From positions 51,188,608 through 51,252,607 of the forward strand of contig NC_057719.1 of NCBI RefSeq assembly GCF_004010195.1: a stretch of 64,000 nucleotides of DNA, written 5' to 3'. The notes under the pieces are model-generated. The model was given only the letters and a program-made list of their open reading frames with translations, was not told the DNA's origin and searched no databases. This DNA is from Chiloscyllium plagiosum (Eukaryota). Positions 51,551-64,000 of the stretch are shown piece by piece. The position numbers and the translations under genes were made by a program. How positions within the stretch are numbered: the stretch's first letter is position 1; each line of letters begins with the position of its first letter.

Positions 51551-54500
51551 ATTACAATTGTAGCCAATATACAACTTTAATTTTAATTTAATACCCGAGC
51601 GATTATCCACAACATGCCATGGACCTAGCACATGTGCAGATGGGGCCATGATAACAGTGTGCCATGAAGAGTCACAGAAATGTCTGTGCTTGTGCCACTG
51701 ATGTCATTGTGTTCAATGCTTGGTGAGGACATAAACACATGTAGAGATGACCCACACTGAGGCTGCACATGCGTAAAGAGCCTGGGAGGCTAAGGGTTAG
51801 GGGAAGGTGGAGTAGGTCTCTGCTGCCCAAGGAGGTGCCAGAACATTGTGCGTGGGGCTAGGGCTGCTGCTACACACCATAGGCTTGAACAAGGAAGTGA
51901 AGGGGAAGAAGCAAGTGGGGGAACAGGCTTAGAAGCAGCCCCAGACTCAGTTCTAGGAAGAACAAGGCGCGAGCTGAGTCTGGTGAAGGAGTAATGGAAA
52001 GAAGACACCACCTGAAGGGGGAAGAGGAACTCTAAATGTCCGCACCACTTGTTCCATGTAAAATATTAAAGTAAAAACACTGGTTTCTGGTAAGAGAGGA
52101 GCCTCTTGTGTTGTTATGTACATTCTGATTATTTTAACTCTCAAAGTGAAGCGAAGGAATATATTGTTGTAAATCTGAATTCATATGCAGACCAGTTAAG
52201 GATGCCATATTGCCTTCTCTAAAGTAAATTTCAACTTCAATTCCAGATTAATTAACTAAATTTAGATTTCTATCAGCTGTTGAACTGAGAAATGAATATG
52301 TATCCCTAAAGCCTTAGACTGGGCCTCTATTGACATTACCACTATGCCATATACTCCTAACAGTTTTCACATTCCTCAACAGGGACCTCTTAATCCCTTT
52401 AACTCTTATTTGATGATGTGATGGCCAGGTCTACAGGCATTGATTTTGCCTCTGATTGATTAGCATCAGTTCTCCAAAGGATAGGGCTGAGCCAAGGGTG
52501 CACCAGAGTACATTAATTACCTGGCCCCCTACTTTTGGGTATTTGTGACCTAAATTTACTTTACTTTGTTTGACCTGGAGTAACAGGGGAGGCATTTGAT
52601 TAAAGTTTTAGCCAGTTTGTGTGAAGGCTGCATATGCATATGACCATACATGTTGAAGCTCTGTTTAAGGTAGGCTAATTAGAGTATGAGATAGGCAGTA
52701 TACACAGATACTGGAAAGCAATGGTGCCCCTACTGCCCTCGTTTTAGTACATCTGAAAGTATCCATTTACTTTTAGATGTAAATTTCTGAAAGAAATTTT
52801 TGTTGTCATCTCTATATTCCTAGCCACAGATTAACAATATATAATAATATGCAGAAGTTTTTTGCTGCAGGGAATTGACAAACTTGAAGTATTTTCTTCC
52901 AGAAGCAATGCTTGAGTACACGAATAGGTGCTTTAATGGCACTTGAATAAAAATGGATTACAGTAGACAGACTCACTGCATCATTACTTACTGTGTAGTT
53001 GCTGAAGTTCAACAAGTTGCCACACACATTCACAGCACAACTAGATCAAACCAGTTTTCAAACATAATAGCCTCAATCTTCAGTGAGTAACATGAATTGA
53101 TTTATTCTGGGATTAAAGCAATAATCATTGGTGGTTAGGTTAATATTGAGGTTGTAGCAATTTTAAAGAAAGTCTTTGACGCAAAATTTATTGGGTATGG
53201 ATTGTAAACATCATTACACTATTTATATACATAGGCTATAATATATTTGTGAAAAGTAAAGTGCTTTGGCAACTTACACACTACTAAGCTTGAAAGAAAG
53301 TGAGTTGGTGGGAATGTGAGAGAGAGAGAGACCACTGCATGGGAATGCAAATGGTCTTCAGCGCCATGATGTCTGCTAGTTTCTGAAATTGAGGCATTTC
53401 CACACTCAGCAGCACTTACATCATTTTAGATTTCAAAGGCACTTTACATTAGAGGAGAGAAGCTGATGATAAATGAATGCCTCTTCTACTTAAATGCACA
53501 CATTAGTGTAAACAACCCAATGTTCAGGGAATTAGCAACATTGTAAATGCATGGTGGCGTGCATCTATGAATCTTCCATCAGGCTAAGGCTGTCTGATCC
53601 TACAAAGTAAACACTGAGCTATTTCTGTGAAGTTTCCCTTCTGGGTTTCTAAGCAGTGCAGCCCAACCTGGCTCTGTGAAACATGGGAAAAGCATTGAAC
53701 AGCAGCTGTTCCTGCTAACTATGAAAATATCTTTGGAGGTCCATTTGTGATATTAGCCTGTAAAGTTTGCGTTATATTGCACATTGGGCAAATTCTTCCT
53801 TATGCTATCTTCAACTTGGGTGTATTTAATCATCTGAACACAGGGTTTGGAGGAAAATCTGCTGAGGAGATCACATACTCTTAAATTTATCAATTTCAAT
53901 TGACTTTTAGAAACACTGAATTACTCTGAGTGCATGCTACAGTTTGGCTTTCGCTCTGTTCCATAATCTGAAATACAACCTAGCTGCTGCCTGATCCAGT
54001 CACTTAGTCTCTGAAGGCTGGGATGTATTATCTATGTCCTATTCCCTTTTAGATACAATGGGTAATTGAGCAAGAGGAGTAATATACATCAATGTTGTGA
54101 GGAAAACAGGACAAATACACGCTGATAGAGTAGTTATCTGAAGTGGGCTGAAATGGACCCATTTCCACTAATACTATTTGATGGTTTACAGAGTAAGTAT
54201 TATAGTTACACCCTTCCTTTCCAAGATTTTTGTCCAGAAATGTGACTGTTAACCCCTCAACCACGGGAGATTTTTGGTTCATGTTTACACTACAACTGTC
54301 ACAGCTGGTTTGTATAATTCCAGTAGAGGACCTCTTACCAGTGAGAAACAGAGTCAACTGTTTGTATAAATATCCTTCACAACTCCAGGATTATTTCTTG
54401 GAAGTTTAACCAATGCTAATGCTAACACTGAACTCACAAAGTGTAAATGTAACTTCTGAGAGAGGGGTTCTGTAGTGCCTGTAAGTATCATAAATGATTT

Positions 54501-57500
54501 GAAATTTTATCCAGATCTGAAAAGTTGAGGTTGACTGGCTGGAACTTGAAGTAGTAGCTGAAGTCGAAATGTACCAAAAAGTAAGACATTCTTTATGTGG
54601 CAAAAAAAAAACCACAGCACAGTCAGTCCATTTAAGCTGATTCTACACTGCCGCTTGCTTGGGCTCAGTTCTGGGAGTCAGATTCTAGGAGTCAGATTAG
54701 GAAATTTAGTTGGGTAAATTCCAGTACTGAGGTTCAATTGCATAAATTATTATGATTTAAATAATGCCTTTCTAAAAACTTGAAAATATTTCTAATGTTT
54801 TCTGCTCTGCAGGAGGAAATAATTCCAGAGTGTATTGCATTTGAGACACCCAGGACAACTGCTGTTAATTGTTACTCAGTGAGATCTGCTCAAAATGCCC
54901 AAATGTAGATAGCAGATCACAAAAGACTTAATTGTTTTTAATAAGTTGGTTGTTTGTCCCAGTGTCAGGTCTGCCTCACCCATCTTTCTAAATACATTCA
55001 CTCTAACTTGGATAATCCATCCATAGGAGTTTGCTGTTCTCTTGAACTTTGCCCAAATGGTCATTCTTCAAATGTGTGCCATGTTGTTTTGGCTAGGTAT
55101 TCAATGAGAGATGGCACAATAGGCAGGCACTGGTGCTAAGCACAACCCATTCAACAAACAATCTTAAATATAACTTGGCAGCAGTTATCAAGTGTCATTG
55201 TTTTTAGACCTCGACCACTGCTCTCCTGCTCCAGCCTCCCTCATTTCATTTGACCACCGCTGCCGATTCTAATGCAACTGTAATGATTCAGCATAATGAC
55301 CCCAAGATGATCTGTGTGACTAGTAGCACATTTTGTACATTGAGCAGTGATAGGAAGAGATTTCGGATGTTGTGACAGTTTTTACAATATATAGCTAGTT
55401 TCCAGCGACTTGTTTACATGAAGAAATTGACCATCTTTTGCCAAAAAAAAGTATAAGCTGGTAGCAAATTCCAGTCAAATTCTGTTTATTGTGAAAGGGC
55501 CACTCTGACTTGGAATTGAATTTACTTTTTTTTGTTTATGGAACGAATGCAGTAGTCTGTGTAAGAATTTTACTTCAAATGGAAAGCTCAGCACAAAAGC
55601 CCACTCTTTCTCTTCAATTAACCAAATAAGGCTGTTTGGTCGCAAGGCGATACTTCCATGTTGTAATCTAGAATATATCACATATTTAGTTTATAATGTG
55701 AGTTTTGCTTCCACAGCCTCAAGTCCCTTTTTCACACCAGCAAGTTTGAAAAAAGTAACACGATATATGTAGAAAAAAAATTAAAGATCACAGTTACATT
55801 ACAGAGCTCACTCTGTTTCACAAAGAGTCCTTTTGTACTATGCCAATGTCGTCATTCAGCCAGCACTTATACCAGAGATAAATGTTCTTGGGTTTGTGAG
55901 TACATGAAGACTCAGAAGTAGTAATTCATCTTGGGTGGTAAGGCAGAATGGTTTTGCATCAGTCACCCTTTGTACACCAGCCTGATATTCAGCTATTGGA
56001 ACAACAAGGATAGACGAAAAGAATGATAATACAACATTTGAGGGTATGGGGGTGAATTTGGAAAGTTAATGTCATGAATGACTATAATGAAATTTTAACT
56101 AGGGCATGAATAAGAGACCAGTGGAAAGAATGTCAGGCTTGTCCCAATTCCTCAATGTAATTTACCTGGGCCATATATTAGTTACCATAATCTTGCTCTT
56201 TCATGTGGACACCAATGACATGAGGTTGGTTGGGTGGGCCTGCAGCAGGAGACCTAAGGGAACTGTCCTTAGCACTCAGGCAAGATTTGGAAGGTGGTCA
56301 AGAGAAAGAAGAGAAACTTGAAGAAGCCGTGTCCCAGTGTTTCCTCGTGGAACCTGAAGAAACCACATGGAAACTTAAATATTTCAAATGAACTAAATTT
56401 GTTTTCCATGTTTTGAGTTGACTTTGTCAAGGCACCTTGTTTCCGTGGTGCATGATGGGAGCCTTGTGTCACAATGCAAGTGTTGATGTTTGCTTGCCTG
56501 GGGCAACATTGTCACATGATGCCTGAAAGAGGTCTGTTTAAAATGGCACCGCAGCTAGGTCAAATGCAAATCAGATTGTCACATCGCTAAAAATTTAAAC
56601 CTTAATACACTTTCTCTTTGGTTAAGGGTGTGACAGGGGAAGGCATTGGATAAGATTATGCTATTTTTGTAAAATCCTTAAAAATCACTCAGACTTTCAT
56701 TTTGTAATTGGTTCAGATTTTATGAATTAATGAAACATCCTGCCTTCCCCCATTCCCAAGGAACATTGTTAATAGTTTTGTACAACTGCAAGCTGTTATC
56801 ACAATCTTGCTGTTTTTCTTCCCTTCCCAAAGGGCACCAGATGGATGTCAAATAAATGAAAGAATGCACACTCGCACCCATCAAACAGAAAGAAAAATCA
56901 ACTCAGGTTTGGTCAGCATTTCTCAAGTACATGTCTAGCCCATGAGCTGCAGAAAAATTCCTTACTATTACAGAAGACGTGAAAATTAAACTAACCATGT
57001 AATAAGATTACCCTGCACACCGGGTGTCCTTGCAATACCTTACTGCTACTACAATTTTATTGGCCACTAGGGGAATTACTTACTCTGCACCTCGCCACGA
57101 GACACAGAACTGCACTGTTCTAAAGATTTTGATATAATCCTGTCTGACAGAAATAGCATTTATGTTTCACTCTGTGTATGGAGCATGGCTACTTTGTTTG
57201 AATGTTGTGTCTACCATTTTTCCTTTCAATTGTAGAATTAAAATGGTGCAAATGTAGGCAAATGCATTAGTGTTGTAGTTGCTGGCTAAAAACCATCAAT
57301 TCTCTTTTTGCCTCATGCACTCATTTGCATTCAGCTGTTTAGTTCACACTTGTACTGCATCTTGTTAGGAATGCTGTCACTATATTTAAACAGATGCCCG
57401 AACATACAGCAATGGAGCTCATTCTCTGAATTATTTGCAGCAATCGACCATTTTGCAGTGAGATATCATCTGGCGTGATGAATTGCTGCAGCAATACTCA

Positions 57501-58184
57501 AAGATTGTGCTTATATGTATTTGTTTCTTTGATCCTGAAAAATATCTGTCATACTATGCCACATTCTTCAGGTTATGCTGTTCCATCTAAACAGGTTAAT
57601 ACAAAAATAAAAGGGATTAATTTATTTGCAGTTTTTACCAACATTCTCTTCTGACACAACCAATCTCCTTTCTCTGATATCTGTATGGAATTAAGAGCAA
57701 AATTGACTGGACACACCACCCCCCGCCCCCCCTGCCATTCCCATCTCCCCACCATTTTGTTTGGCAACATTTAAAACCAGCATATTTTTAATTCAAAACC
57801 TAATTTAGTTAAAGCAGTGTATTACCATGGCATTTTTTAAATCAAACAAATATGTATACTCATAAAAAGGTAATGAAGCCAGCAATTTAATTAGCTATTG
57901 ATTATTTGCAATCTATTCGTTTACATTTAACAAAGATGAAATCATGTAAGGGGCACAGCATCTGTTATAGTACTGATCTAGTACAAGTGCAGGAAGCTGC
58001 AGCAGATTTTAAGCAAAGATTTTGTATTCCAGGCAACTGCAATGGAAATAGTGTTCCTGAGCCATAAAATGATTAACAATAGCCCTGATTCTCCAAATTA
58101 TTATAACTTTCTGTTTAAATAGGAGTCTTAGAATAGCAAGTGAAGCCAAAGATATCTTACATTTTACTCTACTTCAGCAACATT

Positions 58185-58565
58185 TTGTGTTAGCTGTGGC
58201 TTAGAAAGTACCATTCTCAAATGTGTCAGAACACTACGAGTTAAAGTCTGAGTCTAGAAACCTGAACTGGTAATCTGTAACTTCAGTAAAGTACAAAGGA
58301 TGTGCTGCATTGTTGAGATGTCCTCTTAGGTGGTTGTAAAAGATCCCCTGGCATTACTTGAAGAAGAAGAACAGCAGAGATCTCTTGATCTCCAGGTCAA
58401 CCTTTACTCCTAAGCGAACACCTAAAACAGAAGATATAGTGTTGTATTTAATTGCTGCTTATGGGTGCCTGCTGTATGCACATTGACTTACATGTTTCTT
58501 AGATTACAATAATGCTTACACCTCTGGGACATGCAGAGTTTTGCAAAATATATGAATGCAAGCCT
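58185..58565 (+). mobile_element. Old Deu-domain-type SINE
   Basis: A tRNA-like head is followed by gtgctgcattgttgagatg...gtaaaagatcccctggcatta...gctgtatgcacattgact. Confidence 0.55.
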
Positions 58566-60249
58566 ATGTTTAATTTCATAAGTCCCACGCAGATCCTGCT
58601 TCGGGACCACCTTTGAAGAATTCTGAGTGCCATCAAAACTAGTACAGATTTAGAAGGCCCATAGTGCTGAGTTCAGTGATTGCAGCCACTAGGGAGACTG
58701 GTGTTACAATTGGGCTCAATGGCTCTGAACTGTTAGGAGGGTGAGGGATGAAGGTAATGAACCCCAGATGAATCAAAATGAATAGGTTTTGTTTTTGTCA
58801 TTTTCTAAGAGATTTTAAGAGATTTTCAGGCAGGTCTCTGCAGTATATATTTAATATAAAGCCTCCACTTACAGTAAACTTGTGTTGCTTGTTTGGGAAG
58901 AAAGATTAATATCAAATAGTTCTTGTCCTGATTTATAGTATGAAAGAACAAAATATAATAACTGATTTCATTTAAAAAAGTTCTGTTGTTACTTTGCCTT
59001 CACCTTTGTTGATTCAAGTTAATGTAAACTAGTCAGCGTGAATTCTCAAAATACTTTGACTGGATTAAAGGCACTTGACAACTAACCATTACAAAGTAGG
59101 ATATTTTCAGAATCACCAAAATAATTGTAGGATTCATATCATACTTCAAGATTTGATTACTTTTGGTAACTATTCCAGTAAAATGTCACACACTGAATCA
59201 TTTTGTTTTAAAAAAAATACTATAGGTTACAAGAGCTCTCTAAGATTAATAAGTTCTAAACAAAGGCAAGGAAGATAGTGCAATGACTTTTATTTTTTCT
59301 ATGTTAAGAATGAATCTGATGTCATAAAGTACATATATTGCATTGCAGATGAACCTTCATTTAAAGGTTAATTGGCTGTGCACCTTTAGTTGCTCACTAC
59401 AGTGTAACTAGATTTCATTTATCCTGAGTATGATGTTTTTAAGCCAAAGGCAGTCATAAGACCTGAAATGATTGGATACACTTATTCAAAATTAATATGA
59501 AAAACTATTTCATTCATAGTGTTCGCTTGTTGAACAATGACCTTTTGCAAAGGTTTGCAAATAGTGAACCCCTGCTTTGAAATAGATGTCCCTGATTACA
59601 CCGCAGCCACCTAACCTCTCAAGGGATCCGTGTCTCCTGCCCGTGTAATATTAAACAGCTTTAGCTGCAGGCAAATGTCAAATTCCATTCTCATTCTGAG
59701 GCCCTTTAAAGAAACAGTATCCCCTTTATGTTAGTTTATGCAAGCCATATTTCAAAAATTGTAAAAATAAACCACATGCTATGTACCTATCAATATTCCA
59801 CTACCTTCAGATAACAAAGATTTAATTGATCAAAACAAAATAATGCATTTTTAAAATTAAAAAAGTGTTTGTTTTAAATTGATGCATATTAATGAAGAAA
59901 AACAAACTATTGCTATAACATTATTAATTGAAAGAGGTGTTGTTTCAAATATGTTAAGAAAAAGGCACAATATCTTTAAGTATGAGAAGCTTCTGGAAAA
60001 TGAATAGCAGTACAAATAACAAGTTTTATTAGAAGAGTGTTTCTATTATATTCAATTTGATCCTCAGAAGTACTTATTCTAGACTAACTTGTTTTGGGTA
60101 CGAGTTGTGTGTACATTTGTAACTATTATATTTTGATTAGAAGGCCTATTAAGGAGATGTCATAAGATTATCATACTAGCGTTTAGCAAACTACTGATTT
60201 GCTTGTACAAGAAAAATATGAAAAAATATCTCCATCTTTCATTTTTACT

Positions 60250-60640
60250 TTTTTAAAAATTGTATCATGAGAAATGGATGTCAGTGGCAAGGACAGCATT
60301 TGCTGCCCATCATCAATTGCCCACGAACTGAAAGGCTTGCTCAGTCATTTTGGAGAGCTTTAAAGAGTCAGATACAATTCTGTGATTTTGGAACCACATA
60401 TAGGCCAGAGGAACTAAGAATGGCAGATTTCCTTCCCTGAAGGACAATGGTGAATTTTTTAATGAAAGTTGACTGTTGCTAGTTTATCATTACAAAGCTT
60501 TCAATTCTAGATTTATTGATTAATTGAATTTAAATTTCATTAGCTGCTGTGGTAGGATTTGAACCTATATCAGTAGAAACTTAACTTGGACCTTTGGATT
60601 ACTAGCTCAGTGACTGTACTATTACACCATCACTTCCCCT
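60250..60640 (-). mobile_element. tRNA-derived SINE with LINE-derived tail
   Basis: Minus-strand head ggtgtaatagtacagtcactgagctagtaatcca...ggttcaaatcc. The tail is shared with the LINE 3' end at 47000-47070. Confidence 0.65.
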
Positions 60641-61085
60641 TTAGCATCAAAAATACCTATTTTCACAAAAATGAAGTAAAGTTAGCAGTATCCACCAACG
60701 TCTACAGGAATGTGAAAAGAGATTCTTAACTTTCTCTGCAAACTGGAAACAGGGCAGTCAGGAATTAAAATCAACACTGGGGAGAACCCACTCATTTATC
60801 TTTCTCCACCACATTACTGCAGACCCCCCAATAATAAATGTCAAATTATTTTTTGGGACTAGAGAAGGAGGAAAACCCGCTCTACGCTTCACAACAATAG
60901 AGTGATTGCTGCTGCATCTACCTGATTATACTCCCTCCTACACCTTCTTTGCGAGCTCATTACCAGGTACTCATTTGGTATAAGTTAATTCACGAGATAG
61001 AGAGCAATGTGTTAGAACCAATTGCATTGCTGAAACTGTCAGACTCTCAATGGAACAAACATGGGATGAATCCTATAATGGTTAA

Positions 61086-61403
61086 GATTAGATTAGATTA
61101 GATTACTTACAGTGTGGGAACAGGCCCTTCGACCCAACAAGTCCACACCGACCCGCAACCCACCCAGACTCATTCCCCTACACTTACCCCTTCACCTAAC
61201 ACTATGGGCAATTTAGCATGGCCAGTTCACCTAACCTGCACATTTTTGGATTGTGGGGGGAAACTGGAGCACCCGGAGGAAACCTACGCAGACACGGGGA
61301 GAACGTGCAAACTCCACATAGTCAGTCGCCTGAGACGGGAATTGAACCCAGGTCTCTGGCACTGTCAGGCAGCAGTGCTAACCACTGTGCCACCATGCTG
61401 CCC
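61086..61403 (-). mobile_element. Full-length HE1-type (V-SINE) tRNA-derived SINE
   Basis: Minus strand gggcagcatggtggcacagtggttagc (A box) and gggttcaattccc (B box), then the V-domain gtggagtttgcacgttctccccgtgtctgcgt, a CR1-like tail and (tctaa)n. Confidence 0.9.
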
Positions 61404-61919
61404 ATATGTTAACTTTGACATATTACCACCCAACCAGGGAATTGGAAGTTATCTGAATGCTATTAGCATATTTTGTGCAGGCTCCAGATAATGTAACATT
61501 ATATGTATAGTGAGAATATGAGGTTTTCAATTATTGATAAAACCACCATCTCCATCCCCCCCTCTCCAACCACCTCCCACTATAGGAAACTTGCAGGAGT
61601 CACAAAGGTTTGTGCCCTTCCTTGTCGCTGTCCTGAGCACATTTAATCATCTTGGGGTTCCATTACCTAATCGACCTTTGAATATTAGAAGTCATGGCCC
61701 TCGCATCCAACTGAAATAGATTTAAAAGAAACTTCAATGAGTTTAAGGTATGGCAGCACAATTAAATAATCAACTTGCCACAGTTATTATCCAAATGAGG
61801 TAATATGACCTGCAGCTTGTTATTTTCAGCACATTATATTTATTGCAGTCATAAATGCAAATCCCTGCAACATGCAATTAATAAGGTTGTGCTTGTCTTT
61901 AATACTTGGACCTAGGAAT

Positions 61920-63085
61920 CCCAGAATTCAGAAGTGTTACAGCACAAATGGCTGATAGTTGGCTATCTAATGAGCATTATAATTTAGTCTCACTCTCTTG
62001 TCTTTTCCCCATACTTTTGCATAATGTTTCATCTAATGCTTTCTTTAGTACTTCAGTTGAACCCACATTCATCACATTTCCAGAAGTTCATTCGGGACCG
62101 GAAACACTCACTGTTCTTTCTCACATTACATTTGCTATGTTTACAAATCACTTTCCATCTGTGTCCTCTCATCTTGATGCCTTCATGAACAGGAACTGTG
62201 CTCCCCTATCAACTCTAGGTAGCCTCCTCATGATTTTGAAAACTTCTATCAGATCTTCTCCCAGCCTACTTTCCTCCAAGGAGAATGGTTCCAACTTCTC
62301 CAATCCATCTTCAAAATAAAGTTTCTCATCGGCAGAACCATTTTTGTGAATTTCTTCTGCGCTCACTCCAATGAGTTTCTATCCTTCCCATAGTGTGGCA
62401 CCTAAGACTGTACACAATACTCCAGGTGAGGTTGAACAAAACGTCTCATACAAGGTCAGCAAAACCTCCCTCGCTCTTGTACTGTATGTACTTATTAATG
62501 AAGTCCAGGATATTCTACTCCTTATTAGCTGCTCTCTCCAGCCACCTTCAGTGATTGATATACATATACACCCAGGTCCCTCTGTTCTTACAGCCCTTTA
62601 AAAATTGCAACCCCTGTTTTATATTGTTTGTCTTTTTCCTAGCAAAATATATTACCACATCTCTCTGCATTGAACTTCATCTGCCATGCATCTGCTCACT
62701 CTACCAACATGTCTATGTCCTTTTGGATTTCTACACTGTCTTCCTCAAAGTTTACAATGCTTCCAATTTCTGTTTAATCCGCAATTTCATCTGAAATTGT
62801 CCCCTGCACACAAAGGCCTACATCTTTGTTATGTATCATGAAAAGCAAATGTCTCAATATCAGCCCCAGGGGAACTTCACTGTAAACCTTCCTTCAGCCT
62901 GAAAAATATCATTGTCTCTGCTTCTTATCACTCAGCCAATTTTGTATTCACAATACTCCTGTCCTTTTTATTCCATGAGGTATATAACTTTTCCCACAAG
63001 TGCATTGTGTGTCACTGTATCAAATCCCTTTTGTACGTCCATGTACACCATATCAACAGCATTACCCTTATCGACCCAATCTGTG
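61920..63085 (-). mobile_element. Older CR1 LINE (RT to 3' end)
   Basis: Reads LEKLEPFSLEESRLGEDLIEVFKIMR, with gttcccctggggctgatattg (VPQGSVL-like) and MYMDVQKGFDTVTH remnants. Confidence 0.8.
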
Positions 63086-64000
63086 AATGTTAGTCCCCCT
63101 CTGTTTTTTATACTACCATCATTCCAGTGTATTCACTTGCGTATGCATTGGGAGTAATTCAGAAATTGCTACATTTGATGTCTTGTGTGCTTACTTTTTG
63201 CCTAGCTCCCTAAACTTTGCAGGACCACATTCCCCTTCCTACTCAAGTCATTGGTTCCATTGTGAACTATATCTCTGGTTGTTTGTTCCCCTCAGAAGAA
63301 TGTTCTACAGCCCATTTGTGACATCCAGTATTCCCTTAACCTATTGCAGATTAGGAAAATAATATCACTGGATTGCGTAAGAACAGACAAATCAGAAGCA
63401 AGGGTAGATCATTTGACCTTTCAATGTTTGCTGGATGCTTAAATTTTGATCCTTTTAATAAGCTTTTTAAAAATCAAACGTTTAATTTGGTGCTCGGATG
63501 ACGACATGATTAAAGAGGAAGACTGACTGAGGGTTACTAATCATCTGCTCCTGTGACATTCTTCTTGGACATTCTTTCATTTTCTGTGCTATCTCCCTGT
63601 GCTAGATGTTGAATAGGTTTTAAGGTTGAAATTCTTTTGACCTTTTTTTAATGGTGACTGGCTGGCAGCACTCAGAGCAAGAGTCCTCCTTATCCTGTTT
63701 CCTTCTAATTGGCCATTGGCTAGTTGACTTCCAACACTCATTGTTGTTCATCTTTTTACCTGCAATGCATGGGTGGCCAGTGGGTGGTTCTGCAATTGTG
63801 ACCTTTACAGCATGCTAGCACTCGAACACAGACTATTGAACATCTAGCTCACATTGAAAGGTCAAATTATCTACTCTTGTGATCAGGAACATTTGTTACA
63901 GTAGTATGCGTCCTGTCCAACAAGAAAGAATGCACTGCTGGAATGAGGTGGGCCAAGTGTCAGTGGGAGATCTTTTAGGATGCAGTTATCATTGTATCAT

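Noticed and set aside
54049..54615. Minus-strand ORFs and a + strand exon-like segment with an in-frame TGA near 54515-54580
   Set aside because: There is no recognisable homology, the alternative frames contain stops, and nothing supports selenocysteine recoding.
61330..61403. tRNA-like sequence
   Set aside because: It is the Pol III head of a SINE, not a tRNA gene.

Overview
This is AT-rich, CpG-depleted vertebrate non-coding DNA, probably a large intron or intergenic region. The repeat repertoire points to a cartilaginous fish (shark); that assignment is an inference from HE1-type tRNA-SINEs with CR1 tails, abundant CR1 LINEs, Deu-type SINEs and Neptune/Poseidon Penelope-like elements. 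I could not identify a recognisable host exon, tRNA, rRNA or CRISPR array, and every ORF I could assign belongs to a decayed transposon: CR1, RTE, L2 and an older CR1/L2-group LINE, Penelope-like elements (PLEs), a PIF/Harbinger transposase, a Tigger-like MITE and a probable solo LTR. The most striking structure is a set of about 10 PLE-derived pieces, most of them carrying minimal hammerhead ribozyme (HHR) motifs. Several are tiny insertions of about 90-240 bp with 14-17 bp target-site duplications (TSDs). Three of these fold back at the ribozyme, and one is a perfect palindrome with 84-bp arms at 48176-48345. A ~325-bp local inverted duplication spanning a SINE/CR1 junction and several small template-switch footprints are also visible. 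Boundaries of old repeats are approximate and were read by eye.
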